From NCBI GenBank assembly GCA_905207515.1, contig CAJLLK010000001.1, positions 12,782-76,781 on the forward strand: a stretch of DNA of 64,000 nt. Reading direction: 5' to 3'. Position 1 is the stretch's first letter. Each line of letters begins with the position of its first letter. The notes beneath the pieces were generated by a model, which saw nothing but the letters and a program-made list of their open reading frames with translations, had not been told where the DNA came from and did no database searches. The position numbers were made by a program, and so were the translations under genes. Shown here in pieces: positions 1 to 8,024 of this stretch. This DNA comes from an uncultured Christensenella sp. (GTDB lineage: Bacteria > Bacillota > Clostridia > Christensenellales > UBA1242).

Positions 1-996
1 TTCGAAAAACTTTCTGCCGCACTTGGTGCGTTGGACAGCCAACGAGAAAATGTTGTTTCGCTTTTGTATGAAGCTAAAAACGACCTTTCCAGCTTTTCAA
101 ATTTTAAAAACATTGAAGAATGTCGCGAGCGTTTGGAAAATTGTTATTATGAAGTCAAAGATGTTGTCGATGTTTTGGAAGACATCAAACAAAACACTGA
201 GTTTGACCCGAAAGAGCTGGAACGAATTGACAGTCGTTTGGATTTGATAAAAAATTTGTCAAAAAAATATGGCGACAAAAATGGCACAGAAAAAGAAATT
301 TTAAGCTTTCTTCAAAAGTGCCAAGAACGATTGGAAGAACTTGACAACAGTCAGGTTATGCTCGAAAAACTTCAAAAAGAAAAAGATGAATGCGAACGAG
401 AGCTTTTGGCGTTGTGTCAAACTTTGAGCGAAACTCGAAAGAAATTTGCTGTGACAATGGAAAATCTTTTGACCAAACAACTCGAAGATTTGGAAATGAA
501 AGGCACTTTTTTTAAAGTTGTTTTTGAAAAGTGTGAACCTAACAGAAAAGGCTTTGATGCTGTCAAATTTATGTTTTCGGCAAACAAAGGTCAAGAAATG
601 AAAGACTTACATAAAACGGCTTCGGGCGGCGAACTTTCTAGGCTTTTGCTGGCGTTTAAAAATGTTTTGCTTGACAAAGAAAAAGTTCAAACGGTGGTGT
701 TTGACGAAATCGACGCAGGCATAAGCGGTCACACAGCGGGCAGATTGGCAGAAAAACTTGCAAACATTTCAAAATTTACGCAAGTGATTTGTATCACGCA
801 CACTCCAGTTGTGGCGGCAAAAGCGGACGCCTTTTTGTTGGTAGAAAAGGCGATTGTTTCTGACAGCACAATTTCCACTGTGAAGAGCTTGAACGAAAAT
901 CAAGCGATTTTTGAAGTTGCTCGCTTGATTGACGGCGGAAAAGATGTGTCTGAAACGGCTCTTGAACATTCAAAACGGCTTTTTTCTCAAAAATAA
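1..996 (+). CDS. recN: DNA repair protein RecN, C-terminal part (5' end outside window)
   Basis: Frame open from base 1 (FEKLSAALGALDSQ...). E/K-rich coiled coil, ABC/SMC signature ASGGELSRLLLAFK and Walker B VVFDEIDAGISG. Confidence 0.9.
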   Translation, partial: FEKLSAALGALDSQRENVVSLLYEAKNDLSSFSNFKNIEECRERLENCYYEVKDVVDVLEDIKQNTEFDPKELERIDSRLDLIKNLSKKYGDKNGTEKEILSFLQKCQERLEELDNSQVMLEKLQKEKDECERELLALCQTLSETRKKFAVTMENLLTKQLEDLEMKGTFFKVVFEKCEPNRKGFDAVKFMFSANKGQEMKDLHKTASGGELSRLLLAFKNVLLDKEKVQTVVFDEIDAGISGHTAGRLAEKLANISKFTQVICITHTPVVAAKADAFLLVEKAIVSDSTISTVKSLNENQAIFEVARLIDGGKDVSETALEHSKRLFSQK

Positions 997-1007
997 AAGG
1001 TTGAGCT

Positions 1008-2198
1008 ATGGAGACTGAAAATTTTCAATTTATAGATGATTTTGATGCGAAGAAAAATGCTTTGCAGAGTTTTCTTGTTGAAAAAATGGGCGAACTTCCA
1101 GCTGGCTTTGACGAAGATGTCTTTGTTGATGCGGTTTTGAAAATTCAAGGATTTTTGGAAAATTTGTGTCAAGGCGAAAAAATTGGAATTGGTTATATTC
1201 CTGACGGCAAAAATTTCAAATTTGGAGTGGAAAAAGGAGAGATTTCTGTTTCAAATTTTGTGCTTAACCGAATTGTTAAGAATGTCAAAAGTTTTAAAAT
1301 AAGCCATTCAAAAGACAAGTCAGACGGTAATATGGGTGGAGGTTATAACAAACTTCAAAAAAACATTGTCATACATCCAGACCACGTTTTTAAACTTGCT
1401 AAGCCAAGTTTTGTTTATTACAAACATCTTTTCAGCTCGGAAGAAGATTTTAAAAGGCTGCTGTTTTCGCATATTTGCATTCACGAACTTTTTCATGCCA
1501 TTTGCGACAGTTCGAATGTAAACTTAAAGCAAACTCACGCACCACTGTCGGATGAAGGTTTTGTCGATTATTTGGCGGGGGCGATTTCAGGTTTAAACAA
1601 ATGCCAAGCTTTCCGTCAGTTGAACATCAAGAGCGACACTTCAAAGTTTTTCATCAGAACGACTCCGACTGGCTATTCCATGGAAAAGCCGCTGATTATG
1701 ACCATTTTGAAAACTGTTAAAGACCCGAAAAAAGTGGTTTTGTCTTATCTTTTAAACGAAAAAGTGCTTTCTGAGAAAACGTTTTGGATGGGATTTTTTG
1801 CCGTAAACAAAGTTTTCAAAGACATTCAGACAAACAGCCGTCATCAAATTTTGCCGGAAGAATTTATTCACGACTATATTGACACTCAAAAACAACTTAT
1901 TTCGGTTTTTTACGCAGATAAGGTGATTTTGCAGCAGATGAATTTTATCTTAAATGGCTACAACGCAAAAGATTTCAACAAATTGGCAAAAGACATCAAT
2001 TCAATTGGGCTTTCACTTGTTTTTGAACTTCCGAAGAACAAAAATTTTGAGGAAAAAGAAATTGGTTTGGCACTTTCTGACAGCGAAAAGCTGGATAAAT
2101 TGATTGCAACGAAAAAAATTGTGGAAACTGAAAACGTTTCCGCTTATAAAGATTTGATAGAAAAGTTTGGCGAGCTGAAAAACAACATTGAAAAATAA
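1008..2198 (+). CDS. Uncharacterised protein with gluzincin-type zinc-binding motif (HExxH plus Glu 20 residues downstream)
   Basis: 396-aa ORF with SD-like AAAGG upstream. Motif IHELFHAICD...PLSDEGFVDYLAG has the same HExxH-to-E spacing as thermolysin-type gluzincins. No other family recognised. Confidence 0.55.
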   Translation: METENFQFIDDFDAKKNALQSFLVEKMGELPAGFDEDVFVDAVLKIQGFLENLCQGEKIGIGYIPDGKNFKFGVEKGEISVSNFVLNRIVKNVKSFKISHSKDKSDGNMGGGYNKLQKNIVIHPDHVFKLAKPSFVYYKHLFSSEEDFKRLLFSHICIHELFHAICDSSNVNLKQTHAPLSDEGFVDYLAGAISGLNKCQAFRQLNIKSDTSKFFIRTTPTGYSMEKPLIMTILKTVKDPKKVVLSYLLNEKVLSEKTFWMGFFAVNKVFKDIQTNSRHQILPEEFIHDYIDTQKQLISVFYADKVILQQMNFILNGYNAKDFNKLAKDINSIGLSLVFELPKNKNFEEKEIGLALSDSEKLDKLIATKKIVETENVSAYKDLIEKFGELKNNIEK

Positions 2199-2239
2199 CT
2201 TTTTGTTATTTAACCTTGCAGTCTGACATATAAAAAAGT

Positions 2240-2839
2240 ATGTTAGACTTTTTTTTGCAGATTTTTTCGGACAATCCTGCGCTTGCGGTTGTGCTTGTGG
2301 CAATGTGTCCGACTTTGGAAAGCAAAGTTTCCATTCCGCTTGGACTTTCTGTGCAAATTTGGGGCGAAGCAACTTTAAGCCCATTTCTCTCTTTTCTTCT
2401 CTCGTTTCTTGGCAGTCTGCTGCCGGGAATTATCATCATTTTGGTCGTGAAGTTCATCAAAAAACGAACAAGTGGATTTGTCTGCAACACGCTGCTTGAC
2501 AAATTTATCAAACGTTATGACGGACAATTCAAAAAGCTGAGCGAAAAAAGTTCGACGCTCAAAAAATGTGCATTGCTTGCCACTTTTGTTGCGGTGCCAC
2601 TTCCGCTGACGGGCGTTTACACGGGCAGTTTGATTGCGGGTTTGACTAAACTTAAATTTTGGCAAGGTTTTGTTTCAATCGCAGTCGGCGAACTCGTCTC
2701 TTGCGCCATTGTGCTGCTCTTAAGCACAATAATCGAAAATTCGGCGTTTTATGTTTTGCTGATTTCGCTGGCGCTGATTTTTGTTTATGTTCTTTTCAGC
2801 GTTGTGCTGAGTTTAATAAAAAAGAAAAGAGATGATTGA
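2240..2839 (+). CDS. Small multidrug-export-like membrane protein (COG2426 / Sm_multidrug_ex-like)
   Basis: 199 aa and polytopic. Two family-like segments: CPTLESKVSIPLGLS and FVAVPLPLTGVYTGSLIAGL. Confidence 0.6.
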   Translation: MLDFFLQIFSDNPALAVVLVAMCPTLESKVSIPLGLSVQIWGEATLSPFLSFLLSFLGSLLPGIIIILVVKFIKKRTSGFVCNTLLDKFIKRYDGQFKKLSEKSSTLKKCALLATFVAVPLPLTGVYTGSLIAGLTKLKFWQGFVSIAVGELVSCAIVLLLSTIIENSAFYVLLISLALIFVYVLFSVVLSLIKKKRDD

Positions 2840-2877
2840 TTTGTTCTGCACGAACTAAATTATCTCTTTTCATTTTT

Positions 2878-2908
2878 AAGTTAAGTTTCATGTGTGAAAT
2901 CTTAACTT
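2878..2908. terminator. Bidirectional hairpin between convergent genes
   Basis: AAGTTAAGTTTCA tgtg TGAAATCTTAACTT, a stem of about 13 bp with one bulge, between the stops at 2839 (+) and 2946 (-). Confidence 0.5.
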
Positions 2909-2945
2909 GTTATTATCTTGCGCAAGACTTTTTGAATTATACATC

Positions 2946-4658
2946 CTATTTTGCATATTTTCTATATAAATATTTTTTGGTGTGATAATTGATTGGAAAA
3001 GCCAGCAAAAGTCCGAAAATCGGCACAAGCAGCGACGTCAAAAAGTCGGCGATTGTTTCATATTGCATGCCTGCGATGATGTTTATGACAACGGTGATGA
3101 TGGTCAAAAGACCAAAAACAATCCAATTTGTGGCGCAACCATAAATCAAAGCCGCTTTTTTGCTTGGCATAACTTTGAATTTGACAAATTCGTAAACCAT
3201 TGCCACAAAAAACAAAATTGGCACGGTGTAGAACATGAAATTTGTGGAAGCTTGAAGTTTTCCGGCGGCACTGATAATTCCAAACAGAATTGCACAGCCA
3301 ATTCCTGAAAGCAAAAACAAAATTGTTGAAGCGACAAACTTCAAAAAGTTTGTGTTGTGGTTGCGTTCGACGGTGGTTTTCTTATATTCTTTGAAGTCGA
3401 TATTGTGCGAAGCATAATATTTTTTCAAAGAATTATAGTCGGCAAAGCTTTCAATGTCGTTGTAATTTTGACTTTCTTCAACAGGCGGAACGTAAACTTC
3501 TTCTTTCTTTTCTTTTTTGCGCTCAAACAGTTTTGCCATCATATCTTTGTAGGTTGGTTCGAGATTGCTGTCACGCTTTGGAGCGGGCAGGTTGTCGTCG
3601 TAGATGTTGACTTCGATGTTTGGAGGAGTTATCTTCTTTTGAATAGGAATTTGTGTTTCGTCAATTCGTGGCTCGGTGATAAACCTTGCGTCGTCTTTTG
3701 GCTCGTCTGTTTCTTCCAATTTTTCAAGGTCGACCTGTTCGGTCTTATAGAAAAACGACTTTTCTTCAGGTTTTTCTTCGTTTTCTTCGACTTTTTCGGT
3801 TTCGGCAGGCTTGTTTAAGTTGTAGTTATCGCGAGCGTTCAACATCGATTGTTTAAGCTGCTCGATGCGATTTCTTTGAATTTCTCTGTCTTCAGCATTT
3901 TCATAAACGACCGACATTTCGATTTGATTTTCTGAAAAACTTTTCTTTTTGCGATATTTTTTCAGCTCGGTTGAAGTGTCGTAAATGCGGCGATTTTGTT
4001 CTTCTTGATAAGGCGTGAGCTCAACTTTTTCGGTCTTATCTAAAAATTTTCCGTCGTCTTGCGGAGTCTGGTTGCTTTCCAAAATTGACTGATAATATTG
4101 CATTTTTTCTTGGTCATGCTCTGCATTTTGCTCGCTTTCCAAGTTGTTTTCAGGCGTAGGCATGCTGAAAATGTCGAGCTGGTTGTCCAAAATGTCTGAT
4201 TTTTCTTCTTCGGCTGCAGGAGCAGGCTTTTCTGGCTCTTTGACCAAGTCAAACATATTGTCTTGTTGAAGAAAAACTGGTTTGTTTTCTTCTTGAGCAG
4301 GCTCTTCAACGCTTTCTTTTTCAACTGCTTCGGTTTTGTCGATTGTTTTTGGTTCGTCAGTCATGATTGGCATGTTTTTAAACTCGCGAGCAAGCTCTTC
4401 TAGCGAACGTCGACCGTCGCTTGTGATTGTGTAGTAATGTCGTTTTCCGCCAAGCTCGCTTTCTCCCCAATATGAAGAAGAAACCAAACCTTTCTTTTCC
4501 ATTCTTGAAAGGCAAGAATAAAGAGTTGGCTTTTTCAAGATGTAATTTCCGCCAGATTGTTTTGAAATAAATTCAATAATCTCCAAGCCATATTTGGAGC
4601 CGTCAGCAAGGCTGTCCAAGATTAAATATGAAATCTGACCATTGGAATTGAATGCCAT
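2946..4658 (-). CDS. PadR-family winged-HTH regulator fused to a long acidic linker and a C-terminal 4-TM domain
   Basis: N-terminus YLILDSLADGSKYGLEIIEFI...LKKPTLYSCLSRMEKKGLV...GGKRHYYTITSDGRRSL is PadR-like. It is followed by about 330 aa of E/K/D/N-rich low complexity, then four hydrophobic helices. SD is TAGGAGAA. Confidence 0.8.
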   Translation of the reverse strand: MAFNSNGQISYLILDSLADGSKYGLEIIEFISKQSGGNYILKKPTLYSCLSRMEKKGLVSSSYWGESELGGKRHYYTITSDGRRSLEELAREFKNMPIMTDEPKTIDKTEAVEKESVEEPAQEENKPVFLQQDNMFDLVKEPEKPAPAAEEEKSDILDNQLDIFSMPTPENNLESEQNAEHDQEKMQYYQSILESNQTPQDDGKFLDKTEKVELTPYQEEQNRRIYDTSTELKKYRKKKSFSENQIEMSVVYENAEDREIQRNRIEQLKQSMLNARDNYNLNKPAETEKVEENEEKPEEKSFFYKTEQVDLEKLEETDEPKDDARFITEPRIDETQIPIQKKITPPNIEVNIYDDNLPAPKRDSNLEPTYKDMMAKLFERKKEKKEEVYVPPVEESQNYNDIESFADYNSLKKYYASHNIDFKEYKKTTVERNHNTNFLKFVASTILFLLSGIGCAILFGIISAAGKLQASTNFMFYTVPILFFVAMVYEFVKFKVMPSKKAALIYGCATNWIVFGLLTIITVVINIIAGMQYETIADFLTSLLVPIFGLLLAFPINYHTKKYLYRKYAK

Positions 4659-4678
4659 AGAAATTCTCCTATAAGCAA

Positions 4679-4708
4679 ATTATAATAAAACAAGAAAGAA
4701 ATTGTCAA
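4679..4708 (-). promoter_or_regulatory. Sigma-A promoter of the PadR-TM regulator gene
   Basis: Minus strand: TTGACA (4708-4703), 18 nt, TATAAT (4684-4679), then a leader containing TAGGAGAA. Confidence 0.6.
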
Positions 4709-4718
4709 ACAATTTTAA

Positions 4719-4808
4719 GGTATTATGCAAAAAATTTTTTATTGCATAATATAACAAGATGTATTGCAAAAATATGCATAATACACAACATGTTGTGGTG
4801 TTATGCAA
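4719..4808. repeat. TTGCATAAYAC motif cluster a: four copies forming two imperfect palindromes
   Basis: GGTATTATGCAA (4719-4730, inverted), TTGCATAATATA (4742-4753), TGCATAATACACAAC (4775-4789), GTTGTGGTGTTATGCAA (4792-4808, inverted). Confidence 0.75.
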
Positions 4809-4831
4809 TTTTGACAACATCTTCAAACCAT

Positions 4832-4860
4832 TTGCAAATTTAAATTTTTTGTGATAAAAT
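4832..4860 (+). promoter_or_regulatory. ygjP-like gene promoter placed for a leaderless transcript
   Basis: TTGCAA (4832-4837), 17 nt ending in TGa, TAAAAT (4855-4860), 6 nt (AAAAAT), ATG at 4867. No SD. Confidence 0.6.
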
Positions 4861-4866
4861 AAAAAT

Positions 4867-5496
4867 ATGAAAATTGAAATCATCAAAGAGAAAAGAAAAA
4901 CCATGGTGCTGAAAGTTTTGGATGAAGAACACGCTGTTTTGAAAGCACCAAAGAGTTTTAGTGATGCAAAAATAAAAACATTTTTGGATAGCAAGGCAAA
5001 ATGGCTGCAAAAAACGTGTGACAAGCTTAAATCACGCGATGATTTGGCTGCTAAATTTGACTTTGACAGGTTTGTTTACCTGGATGGCAAACAAATGATG
5101 TCGGTGAACGAAATCGCTTTTGATTTTTCCAAACTTTCTGAAAGCGCCAAGAGAAAAGCGATAAAAAATTATTATAAAACACTGTTTGTGGAAGTGGCTA
5201 AACTGGCAGAAAACCTTTCGGCAGAAACTGGCTTGAAGTTTAAAGAACTGAAAATGACAAATTCGGTCAGAGTTTGGGGGAGTTACAGCTCAAACGGAGT
5301 TATGAAATTGAATTGGAAACTTTTGATTTTGCCGCGCAAGCTCGCAGAATATGTCATCTTTCACGAGTTGTGTCACAGCAGGCACATGAACCACAAACCA
5401 CAATTTTGGCGTGCTGTCGAAAAAGTTTGCCCAGACTATAAGTTGCGAAAGAAAACTTTGAACGATTTTTCTTTTGTTTTAAGGCACGAATTTTAA
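4867..5496 (+). CDS. YgjP-like (DUF45 / M48-like) metal-dependent hydrolase
   Basis: C-terminal motif YVIFHELCHSRHMNHKPQFW and N-terminal EKRKTMVLKV...VLKAP pattern typical of the YgjP family. No SD upstream. Confidence 0.85.
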   Translation: MKIEIIKEKRKTMVLKVLDEEHAVLKAPKSFSDAKIKTFLDSKAKWLQKTCDKLKSRDDLAAKFDFDRFVYLDGKQMMSVNEIAFDFSKLSESAKRKAIKNYYKTLFVEVAKLAENLSAETGLKFKELKMTNSVRVWGSYSSNGVMKLNWKLLILPRKLAEYVIFHELCHSRHMNHKPQFWRAVEKVCPDYKLRKKTLNDFSFVLRHEF

Positions 5497-5507
5497 AGTT
5501 AGCCGCC

Positions 5508-5536
5508 GCATATTTTAAACAAAGTTACAGATACTA
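5508..5536 (+). promoter_or_regulatory. Candidate forespore-type (sigma-G/F-like) promoter of spoIVB
   Basis: GCATA (5508-5512), 17 nt, GATACTA (5530-5536), 7 nt before the ATG region. Compare the sigma-G consensus as I recall it, GHATR-N17/18-CATxxTA. spoIVB is sigma-F/G dependent in Bacillus. Confidence 0.35.
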
Positions 5537-5543
5537 AGGGCAT

Positions 5544-6719
5544 ATGAAAAGGTTTTATGTCACTGTTTTTTCTTTGTTGTTTTTGACTTTTTTATGTCTT
5601 TCGGTTCTCGCTCCGGTTCAGCTTCTCAACCAATTTGAAGGCGGATTTTTGGCTGATTATGACGATGTTGATGTTGTAAACGAAAACAAAACTTTTGGAC
5701 CGCTCATCAAAACCGAATTGAAAGCGAAAGACCAACAAGTTGGCGGGCAGAAAAACAAACAAGGCGAAATTGTTTTCAAACTTTTTGGTTTCATTCCAAT
5801 CAAAAAAGTGGATGTTGTTTTGGCGAGCGATGACGATTATTATGTCGGCGGAGTTCCTGTTGGGCTGGCAATAAACACCGGCGGAGCAATTGTCATTGGC
5901 GACGAAAACGGCAGCGTTTTGAAAGAAGGCGACATTATCACACAAATAAACGGTGTTGAAGTGAAAAATTTGAACCAAATTTCAGAAGTTTTGCAAAATT
6001 GCGGCGAAGAAGTCGAGATTGTATATTTGCGAAAAAATCGACCAATCAAGGCGCTTTTAAAAACTCACAAAGATGATGAAACAGGGCGTTTGAAACTCGG
6101 TCTTTGGGTCAAAGACGACGTCACTGGTGTTGGAACTTTGACGTTTGTCAACAAAACCACTCACAAATATGGCGCTTTGGGACATCCGATTGTCGAAGCC
6201 AACAGCGGAAACACAGTTCCGGTGTCGACTGGGAGTTTGTATGAATGCAACTTGATTGGCATAAACAAAGGCAAGAAAAATGACCCGGGCGAACTGAAAT
6301 GCGTGTTTGTTTCCAATTCAAAAAGCAAGGGCGACATTGAAAGCAACACAAAATTTGGGATAAGTGGCTATTTGAAAGACACAAAGGGTCTTGTTGACGA
6401 AAACTTGACGGCAAAACTCGGCGGCAGACTGGGAGTGAAACTTGGAAAAGCCAAGATTGTTTCCAGCATCAGCGGAATAAGAGAAGAATATGACATCGAA
6501 ATAATCAAAGCCAACTATCAAAAAACCGCAAACGACAAAAGTTTGGTGTTTAGAGTGAAAGATAAACGACTTTTGGAGCTCACGGGCGGAATTGTTCAGG
6601 GCATGAGCGGCTCACCAATCATGCAAGACGGAAAAATCGTTGGCGCGGTCACACACGTCTTTTTAAATGACCCAACAAAAGGCTATGGCGTTTACAGCGA
6701 CTGGATGGTGGCTGAATAA
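5544..6719 (+). CDS. spoIVB: SpoIVB peptidase (S55), stage IV sporulation signalling protease
   Basis: Signal/TM N-terminus, PDZ-like region (GDIITQINGVEVKN), and catalytic region GMSGSPIMQDGKIVGAVTHVFLNDPTKGYGVY. Confidence 0.9.
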   Translation: MKRFYVTVFSLLFLTFLCLSVLAPVQLLNQFEGGFLADYDDVDVVNENKTFGPLIKTELKAKDQQVGGQKNKQGEIVFKLFGFIPIKKVDVVLASDDDYYVGGVPVGLAINTGGAIVIGDENGSVLKEGDIITQINGVEVKNLNQISEVLQNCGEEVEIVYLRKNRPIKALLKTHKDDETGRLKLGLWVKDDVTGVGTLTFVNKTTHKYGALGHPIVEANSGNTVPVSTGSLYECNLIGINKGKKNDPGELKCVFVSNSKSKGDIESNTKFGISGYLKDTKGLVDENLTAKLGGRLGVKLGKAKIVSSISGIREEYDIEIIKANYQKTANDKSLVFRVKDKRLLELTGGIVQGMSGSPIMQDGKIVGAVTHVFLNDPTKGYGVYSDWMVAE

Positions 6720-6725
6720 ATTTTC

Positions 6726-6777
6726 ACTATATTTAGTTGCATAATACTGCATACCACAACTAAATATAGTTTTTTTG
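6726..6777 (+). terminator. spoIVB terminator-like hairpin (14-bp stem, 17-nt loop, T7 tail)
   Basis: ACTATATTTAGTTG (6726-6739) pairs with CAACTAAATATAGT (6757-6770), followed by TTTTTTT. The loop and stem edge carry two copies of the TTGCATAA motif. Confidence 0.55.
6737..6760 (+). repeat. TTGCATAAYAC motif cluster b: two tandem copies
   Basis: TTGCATAATAC (6737-6747) and TGCATACCACAAC (6748-6760), inside the spoIVB terminator hairpin. Confidence 0.65.
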
Positions 6778-6830
6778 TTGAAATAATTTTAAAAATTTCT
6801 GCATTTTTGTTTTGTTTTCTGTTTTGTTTT

Positions 6831-6839
6831 TGTTATACT
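6831..6839 (+). promoter_or_regulatory. Extended -10 element 7 nt upstream of the recombinase ATG (leaderless candidate)
   Basis: TGtTATACT (6831-6839), 7 nt (TATAGAC), ATG 6847. No SD and no clear -35. Confidence 0.5.
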
Positions 6840-6846
6840 TATAGAC

Positions 6847-7881
6847 ATGAAACAACTTTCTTATTACGAAAAGCGTGACCTGAAAAACATGCAGATGATT
6901 GGCAATTATCTTCAAAAATTGCCGACTTATTGTTACGACTTCTTCACTGGCATTGAAAACAACACTTCTTCTTTGACCAGGCTCAATTATGCCATGGATT
7001 TGTCTGTGTTTTTTGATTATTTGGAAAAATATGTTTTCAGAAAGCCAAAAACGGACATTTCTCTGCAAGATTTGGACACTTTGAAAGCCAAAAACATTGA
7101 AAACTTTTTGTCTTATCTTTCTTATTATCAAATTGATGACAAGCTTTTGAAAAACACCGAACGCGGAAAAGCCAGAAAGCTTGCCAGCGTCAGAAGTTTT
7201 TTTAAATATCTTTTCAATCATGACATGCTTATCTCAAACGTGGAAAGCAAGGTTCAAACGCCGAAACTTCACAACAAAGAGATAATTCGTTTGGAAAAAG
7301 ATGAAGTTGACAGAATGCTTGATGCGGTTCAAGCTCCAACAACTTTCACAGAAAGGCAAAAGCACTACAACAAAAACACGCAAGAGCGAGACAATGCCAT
7401 CGTCACACTTTTTTTGGGAACGGGCATAAGAATTTCGGAACTTGTCGGTTTGAATGTCGACGACTTTGACTTTGCGCAATATGCTTTCAAAGTGACCAGA
7501 AAAGGCGGCAATCAGGCGATTTTATATTTCTCTAAAGAAGTGGCTGACGCACTTGAAAAATGGTTGGAAAAGCGAAAGACCTTGAAGCTTGATGAAAATG
7601 AAAAGGCTATGTTTGTTTCGCTTCAAAACAGAAGAATTTGTGTGCGTGCAGTTGAAAATTTGGTTAAAAAATATGCCAAAGAAGGCAGCCCGCTCAAAAA
7701 AATTTCGCCACACAAGTTGCGCTCGACTTTCGGCACAAATCTTTATCGCGAAACAAAAGATATTTACATTGTTGCAGATGTTTTGGGGCACAAAGATGTC
7801 AACACAACCAAAAAGCATTACGCCGCAATCAATGAAGATATGCGAAAATCTGTTGCGGGGAAAGTGAAAATTCATCAATGA
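6847..7881 (+). CDS. Tyrosine site-specific recombinase, XerS/XerC-like
   Basis: RDNAIVTLFLGTGIRISELVGL, TRKGG, HKLRSTFGTNLY and LGHKDVNTTKKHY give the R..HxxR..Y catalytic set. By eye, length and N-terminal layout resemble streptococcal XerS. Confidence 0.85.
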   Translation: MKQLSYYEKRDLKNMQMIGNYLQKLPTYCYDFFTGIENNTSSLTRLNYAMDLSVFFDYLEKYVFRKPKTDISLQDLDTLKAKNIENFLSYLSYYQIDDKLLKNTERGKARKLASVRSFFKYLFNHDMLISNVESKVQTPKLHNKEIIRLEKDEVDRMLDAVQAPTTFTERQKHYNKNTQERDNAIVTLFLGTGIRISELVGLNVDDFDFAQYAFKVTRKGGNQAILYFSKEVADALEKWLEKRKTLKLDENEKAMFVSLQNRRICVRAVENLVKKYAKEGSPLKKISPHKLRSTFGTNLYRETKDIYIVADVLGHKDVNTTKKHYAAINEDMRKSVAGKVKIHQ

Positions 7882-8024
7882 AATTCAAATTTCTGCTTTT
7901 AGAAAAATTCGGAAGCAATAAGACAAAATTCGACAAAATAGGATGAAATATCATGTCAAATATTGTTGCTTTTTAAAAAATGTTGTGGTAGAATTGGATG
8001 ATTTAAACAAACGGAGGTAATTTT

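Noticed and set aside
6726-6846. Inverted repeat and AT-rich palindrome (GAAATAATTTTAAAAATTTC) just upstream of the XerS-like recombinase gene, considered as a difSL-type target site, since XerS sites sit next to xerS in streptococci.
   Set aside because: The 14-bp arms are separated by 17 nt, far more than the 6-8 nt Xer central region, and are followed by a T-run like a terminator. By eye there is no convincing similarity to the difSL sequence.
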